Origin: the human T2T-CHM13v2.0 reference genome, Homo sapiens
Strand: one strand, 5' to 3'
Assembly (NCBI RefSeq): GCF_009914755.1
Contig: NC_060930.1
Length of the DNA stretch: 64,000 nucleotides
Part shown: positions 56,501 through 64,000 of the stretch, piece by piece
Position numbering within the stretch: position 1 is the first letter of the stretch
How the letters are laid out: every line of letters begins with the position of its first letter
Made by a program: the position numbers and the translations under genes
Notes under the pieces: model-generated
Database searches by the model: none
The model's input: the letters and a program-made list of their open reading frames with translations, nothing else
Told to the model about the DNA's origin: nothing

Positions 56501-57690
56501 CTAGCCATTGGCCTGGGCAAAGACTTTATAACCAAGAACCCAAAAGCAAATGCAACAAAAACAAAAATAAATAGATGGGACTTAATTAAATTAAAAAGCT
56601 CCTGCACAGCAAAAGAAATAACCAGCAGAATAAACAGACAACTCACAGAGTGGAGAAAATTTTCACAAACTATACATCTGACAAAGGACAAATTTCCAGA
56701 ATCTACTTAAACAAATAAGCAAGAACAAAACAAATAATCCCCCCCCCCCTTTTTTTTTTTTTTTTTTTTTGAGACAGAGTCTCGCTCTGTCGCCCAGGCT
56801 GGAGTGCAGTGGGGAGATCTCGGCTCAATGCAAGCTCCGCCTCGCGGGTTCACGCCATTCTCCTGCCTCAGCCTCCTGAGTAGCTGGGACTACAGGCGCC
56901 TGCCGCTGCACCCGGCTAATTTTTTTGTTGTTGTTGTTCTTTTAGTAGAGATGGGGTTTCACCATGTTAGCCAGGATGGTCTCGATCTCCTGACCTCGTG
57001 ATCTGCCCGCCTCGGCCTCCCAAAGTGCTGGGATTACAGGCGTGAGCCACCGCGCCCGGCCAATAATACCCTTTTAAAAAGTGGGCTAAGGACATGAATA
57101 GACAATACTCAAAATAAGTTATACAAATGCCCAAGAAACACATGAAAAAATGCTCAACATCACTAATGATCAGGAAAATGCAAATCAAAACCACAATGAG
57201 ATACCACCTTACTCCTGCAAGGATGACCATAATCAAAAAAATCAAAAAATAATAGATGTTGGCATAGGTGTGGTGAAAAGGGAACACTTTCATGCTGCTG
57301 GTGGGAATGTAAACTAGTACAAACACTGGAAAACAGCGTGGAGATTTCTTAAAGAACTAAGAGTAGATCTACCATTTGATCTGGCAATCCCACTACTGAG
57401 TATCTACCTAGAGGAAAAGAAGTCATTATATGAAAAAGACACTTGGACACGCATGTTTATAGCAGCACAATTTGCAATTGCAGAAGTATGGAACCAGCCC
57501 AAATACCCATGAATCAACGAGTGGATAAAGAAAATGTGGTAGATATATATACCATGGAATACTATTCAGCCATACAAAGAACAAAATAATGGCATTTGCA
57601 GCAACCTGGATGGAGTTGGAAACCATTATTCTAAGTGAATTATCTCGGGAATGGAAAACCAAATGTTGTGTGTTCTCACTTCTATGTGGG
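53572..57690 (+). pseudogene. L1PB ORF2 (endonuclease/reverse transcriptase) remnant
   Basis: fragments SAHGTFSKMDH and SDHSGIKL (endonuclease), ISIDAEK...[16 protein letters not shown]...LFADDMILY (RT); frameshifts, stops and an Alu insertion. Confidence 0.92.
56750..57061 (-). mobile_element. AluY nested in L1PB ORF2
   Basis: AluY diagnostics; poly-T preceded by C11; TSD aataat-ccc. Confidence 0.95.
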
Positions 57691-58248
57691 AGCTAAGCTC
57701 TGAGGACGCAACGGCATAAGAATGATACAATGGACTATGGGGACTTGGAGGTAATGTTGGGAGGAGGGTGAGGAATAAAATATTACACATCGGGTACAGT
57801 GTATGTTGCTTGGGTGGTGGGTGCACCAGAATCTCAGAAATAACCACTAAATAACTTATACATGTAACCAAACACCACCTGTTCCCCAAAAACTATTGTA
57901 GTTTTTTTTTAAAAATGTTAAGAAAGAAAAGACCAGAAGTACACTTCAAAAGCTTACTAATTTCTCTTCCATAAACTAAGATAGGATTATGATTTTTTTA
58001 AACAATAAGTAATTATTATTTAATTATTTAAACAATAAGTAACTATTATTTAATTACTTACTAATTAATAAGTAAGAAAAAGCTCTTGGAATTAAATATG
58101 ACAGATATTTTCAAAGTTCATGGGAAATGCATATTATAAAAGAAAACTATGCATAGACTTCAAAATCTTTTGAACCATCATAAACTCATACTAACTGGTT
58201 ATAACTTCTGAACAGGATCTGGTTTGTGGCATTAAGAAAGATAGGACA

Positions 58249-59784
<1,536 letters not shown>

Positions 59785-59807
59785 AGTTCATATGTTTCAT
59801 TTTTATC

Positions 59808-60115
59808 TTTTTTTTTTTTTGAGACGGAGTCTCGCTGTCACCCAGGCTGGAGTCCAGTGACACGATCTCGGCTCACCCCAACCCCCCCGCCTCCCAGGTT
59901 CAAGTGATTCTACTGCCTCAACCTCCTGAGTAGCTGGGACTACAGACGTGCACCATGACGCCTGGTTAATTTTTTATTTTTTATTTTTTTTATTTTTAGT
60001 AGAGACAGGGTTTCGCCATATTGGCCAGGCTAGTCTAGAACTCCTGACCTCCTGATCTGCCCACCTTGGCCTCCCAAAGTGCTGGGATTAAAGGCGTGAG
60101 CCACCATGCCTGGCT
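59808..60115 (-). mobile_element. AluS nested in HSMAR2
   Basis: full Alu; TSD tcatttttatctttt. Confidence 0.94.
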
Positions 60116-60270
60116 CATTTTTATCTTTTAACTCAATTTTCCCACAAAATTCTTGAAGTCCCCTCATATATGATAGAAGAAAAATTTTTAGACTCAACCG
60201 AAAGATTGAAAATTTAATATTGACAAAATCACTGAAAAGGAAGAACAAAAAAACAAAGAAATGAAAAATG

Positions 60271-60580
60271 GGCTGGGCATAGTGACTCATGCCCATAACC
60301 CCAGAACTTTGGGAGGCTGAGGTGGGTGGATCAGTTGGAGTCAGGAGTTTGAGACGAGCCTGGTTAACATGGTGAAACCCCATCTCTACTAAAAATACAA
60401 AAATTAGCTGGGTGTTGTGGTGTGTGCCGGTAGTCCCAGCTACCCGCAAGGTGAGGCAGGAGAATTGCTTGAACCTGGGAGGCAGAAGTTGAAGTGAGCT
60501 GCAATTGTGCCACTGCACTTGAGCCTGGGCGATAAAGCAAGACTCCATTTCAAAAAAAAGGAAAAAAGAAAAAAGAAAAG
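60271..60580 (+). mobile_element. AluSx-like
   Basis: full Alu with A-rich tail. Confidence 0.93.
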
Positions 60581-61000
60581 AAACGGAAAACGGAAGAGAA
60601 GGTAAAACAAAAAGGAAATAGATGGAAAATGGAGGAAAGGGACAGAAAATTAGAAGAGTAACTAACAGGTCCAATATATGACGAATAGGCAGTACAGAAA
60701 GAGAGAACAGAAAAATGGAGCCCTTGGATAAAAGTGGATTAAAAAGCAAATACAACCTTGCACTAAGACACATCATAAATTTGAGAACACAGAAATGAAA
60801 AGAAAATACTAAAATCTTCACATGATGAAAAGGTGACTTACAAGCAAAAGATTGGAAATCAGAATGGCATCTGACCTCTCAAGTGCAATACAAAAATTAG
60901 GAATGTAGCAGAGCCTTCAAATTCTGAGAAAAAATGATCTCCAGCGTGAAATTCTATATGTAGACAAACTATCAATCAAGTATAAGGGTAGAATAAATGT
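60580..61000 (+). mobile_element. old L1M ORF1-region remnant
   Basis: caggtccaatatatgacgaatagg, aatcagaatggcatctgacctctca, aaattctatatgtagacaaactatcaatcaag resemble L1M ORF1 blocks. Confidence 0.6.
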
Positions 61001-61031
61001 ATTAGTTTATTAGTTTGGAAATAATGGAAGA

Positions 61032-61495
61032 TGTATTAGTTTCCTGTAGCTGCAGTAACAAAGTATCACAAACTGTGTAGCTTTAAACAACAAAAATATA
61101 TTCTCTCACAGTTCTGGGAACTGTAAGTCTTTAATTATGCTATTGTGAGGGCATGTTCTCTCTCTTAGCTTCTAGTGATTGACAACAATACTGGACACTC
61201 CTTGACTTGTAGCTACATAATTAACAATCTCTGCCTCCTCCATCACACAGCTGTCTCTCCTCTGTGTGTCTGTGTCTTCACATGGCATTCTCTCCTCTGA
61301 TGTGTCTCTGTGCTTTCTTTTCTCGTTCTTATAAGGATACCAGTCATGTTGAATTAAGGACCTGCCCTACTCCTTACATCTTAATTTTCATCTTAATTAC
61401 GTCTGCAAAGACCCTGTTTCCAAAGAAGGTCACATACATGTACCAGAAGTTAAGATGACAACATATCTTTTGGTGGGGGGGGACAAAAATTAACA
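61032..61495 (-). mobile_element. MLT1C-like MaLR LTR
   Basis: tgtattagtttcctgtagctgc...taaggataccagtcat...ctgcaaagaccctgtttccaaa. Confidence 0.85.
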
Positions 61496-61740
61496 GAGGA
61501 TCTATTTACATCACATATAACCATTCTTAGCTACTTGATAAAGTGCTTTACTCTAATGAGGGGAGAAAGCAAGAATATAAAATATAAAGGCCTGAAGAAA
61601 CAAGAAATCCAATCAAGAGAAAAACAAAATAAATTCCTAGGATGATGGTGAAAGGAATTCCCAGAAGGACAGCTGCACAGCAGCAGAGGGCAGCCAGGTC
61701 AAACTGGAGCAGGAGTCTACATGTTCAATGCATTCAACAG

Positions 61741-61938
61741 GAAAAGAAGGAAAGAAAGGAAAAGAAAAAAGAAAGAAAGAGAGAGGGGAAGGAAGGAAGG
61801 GAGGGAGGAAGGGAGGGAGGGAGGGAAGAAAAAGAAAAAGAAAAAAGAGAGAGAAAGAAAGAGAGAGAGAGAGAGAGAGAAAGAAAGAGAGAGAAAGAAA
61901 GAGGAAGAAAGAAAGAGAAAGAAAGAAAGAAAGAAAGA
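61741..61938. repeat. GA-rich low-complexity compound microsatellite
   Basis: (GAAA)n, (GGAA)n, (GGAG)n, (GA)n. Confidence 0.95.
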
Positions 61939-62250
61939 GGCCGGGCGCAGTGGCTCACGCCTGTAATCCCAGCACTTTGGGAGGCCAAGGCGGGTGGATC
62001 ACGAGGTCAGGAGATCGAGTCCATCCTGGCTAACAAGGTGAAACCCCGTCTCTACTAAAAATACGAAAAAAAACCAGCTGGGCTTGGTGGCAGGCGCCTG
62101 TAGTCCCAGCTACTTGGGAGGCTGAGGCAGGAGAATGGCGTGAACCCGGGAGGCGGAGCTTGCATGAGCAGAGATTGTGCCACTGCACTCCAGCCTGGGC
62201 AACAGAGCAAGACTCCGTCTCAAAAAAAAAAAAAGAAAGAAAGAAAGAGA
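61939..62250 (+). mobile_element. AluY
   Basis: gagatcgag, ggctaac, aatggcgtgaacccgggaggcggagcttgc. Confidence 0.95.
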
Positions 62251-63164
62251 AAGAAAGAGAGCAAAAAGGAAGCAAGAAAGAGAAATAAGAGCAAGAGGAT
62301 GAGGCTTCTGAGAAGAATGTTTTCATAAGAAAAATAAACGCATGGAAGACCTGATGCATTTTAATATAACCACAGGAGATTTTCAGGTCTGTTGAAGGGC
62401 TTCCAGATGAATTGTTGCTCAGTACATAGACAAATAAGGAAATAAAAAGTGAGCCAAGAATTAATTCCAATAAAAACAAAAAGCTATAAAAGAAAATGAA
62501 ATCATTTACTATAAGACACAGGTGAGAACAATACAGATAGTTATCATATTGTAAAATGTGAATATTGATATAGCCAGAAAGAGTGACAGAACACCATTGG
62601 GAAGTTGAGAAGAAGAGAAGTGTCTACGTGTGCATGTGTGCTTGGCCATGTGCACACGTGTGCAGGTCATGCGTGTGAGTGTTTGCATAAGTTGGGTGAG
62701 TGAGATGGATGTCAAAGTTACATCCTTATCTCCCGTGGTATGAAGTCAATATAAAATCAAAAACTCAAGAAAAAAAAGGCACATTACTTTGAATTATGGA
62801 GGTGAATATCAGAAGAAACAACTAGAATAGTTGTCAGTAATTAGTTCAGGAGCCTGGACACAAATGGTGAGGAGAGAATGGGTAGGGCTTCCTGTTTTCA
62901 TGCTAAGCTCTTTGTAGCATTTGACTTTTTAAGTCAGCATACGTAATATTTTGACTTGTTTTTAAAAAGAACAGAAAAAGCTTGGGAAAATATTTGCCAT
63001 GTTTCTGCAAATGAGTTAATAGTCATTAGGTTTTAAAAGAAATACCTCTAATTATATTTAGTAGTATTTACAATGCTGTTGTAAAAAGGGTTTTACAGTT
63101 TTTTCAAGTGAGAATGATTGCGAACACCTTAACAAAATTTTGATTTTGTCTGTTATAGAAACAC

Positions 63165-64000
63165 ATTTTTTATTTGGAAACATTTTAAACATTTAGAAAA
63201 GTATAAAGGGTCCAATATACACATTTCTGTACCCACCAACCAAAGTAAAAAACAAATGATAATTTTATCATTTCCCTTCAGTTTTTTGTATCAAAGAAAT
63301 AGAATGTTATGGACAAATTTGAAGTCTTTTTCATTCTCCTCTAGTCTCATTCCCTTTCACCACCTCTGAAGGCAATTCTCATTACGAATTTGGTGCATAC
63401 ATTTCCAGTCCACATTTTATGCTTTCATTACATATGGAAATATTCTCATAAACCATGTAATATATTCTTGCACTGTTTTTAGTATTTTGTAAATATATTC
63501 ATATGGTGTAAATTAGTTGGCAACTGCATCTGTCATCTAAAATTCTTTAAATGTATCTATGTTAATACATATAGATCTAGTATATTGGTTTTAACTGCTC
63601 TATAGTATTCCATGGTTTCAGTTTTTTGTGTTTTTTTTTTTTTGAGACAGAGTCTTGCTCTGTCACCCAAATTTATTTATCTAAAATTTATCTAATCTCC
63701 CATTCATGGACATTTAGATTGCTTCCAATTTTTTACTATTAAAAATTACTTCAATGAAGATATCTGTAACTATCTCCTAGTACACATATTAAAACTTCCT
63801 CTGGCATGTAAACACAGAAGTTGAATTTCTGGTCACAGGTTATGCACATTTTCAACTTTTCTCAATCTTACAAAATTGTTCTTCCAAATCATTTAGGTAA
63901 TGTACACTCTCACGAGCAGCTTATGGGCAGCTTAAGTAATCCCATGGAGTTACTGAAGTATTACCAAGGTATCTCACTTTGCCAGTCTAGTAGTTATGAA
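63165..64000 (-). mobile_element. old L1ME-like 3' end, with a short Alu tail fragment at about 63625-63669
   Basis: attttaaacatttagaaaagtataaa...tatagtattccat...ggacatttagattgcttccaatttttt. Confidence 0.65.

Larger units (their letters stand above)
50853..57925 (+). mobile_element. full-length L1PB (L1PBa-type 5'UTR), inactive
   Basis: 5'UTR gggaaaatggtgggtaggaggcaggactaa, decayed ORF1 and ORF2, L1PB 3'UTR; exact 16-bp TSD gaaaagaccagaagta at 50837-50852 and 57926-57941. Confidence 0.95.

Noticed and set aside
60030-60821. 263-aa ORF, the longest in the track
   Set aside because: Reads through the reverse of A-rich sequence and two Alus; typical Alu-derived peptides ([18 protein letters not shown])
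61642-62058. Charged E/R/K-rich ORFs
   Set aside because: Translation of a GA-rich microsatellite plus Alu

Overview
Primate, human-like genomic DNA (AluY, L1PA3, THE1A, HSMAR2), not prokaryotic. I cannot support any host protein-coding gene, tRNA/rRNA gene or CRISPR array, and I could not name the locus. About half the window is recognisable transposable-element sequence: about 27 Alu copies; a full-length L1PB with 16-bp TSDs (50853-57925); an L1PA3 lacking nearly all of ORF2 (48001-50175); a full-length THE1A (44778-47057); a near-complete HSMAR2 mariner (58099-60166); a nested ERVL cluster (23.3-27.1 kb); plus L2, MIR, MER and MLT fragments. The longest ORFs in the track come from these elements or from simple repeats. 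The most notable structures are a 53-bp-arm near-perfect hairpin (18200-18317), a 118-bp LTR22-like mini-element with a tRNA-Met primer-binding site and 6-bp TSD (59275-59392), a ~157-bp inverted duplication (11078-11973), a diverged ~150-bp direct duplication (78-228 vs 2142-2292), convergent CTCF motifs (407 and 5575) and a candidate minus-strand spliced transcript with an 81-aa smORF near 34.7 kb. I found no convincing new biological system. Repeat subfamily names come from recalled consensus sequences and should be confirmed with RepeatMasker/Dfam.
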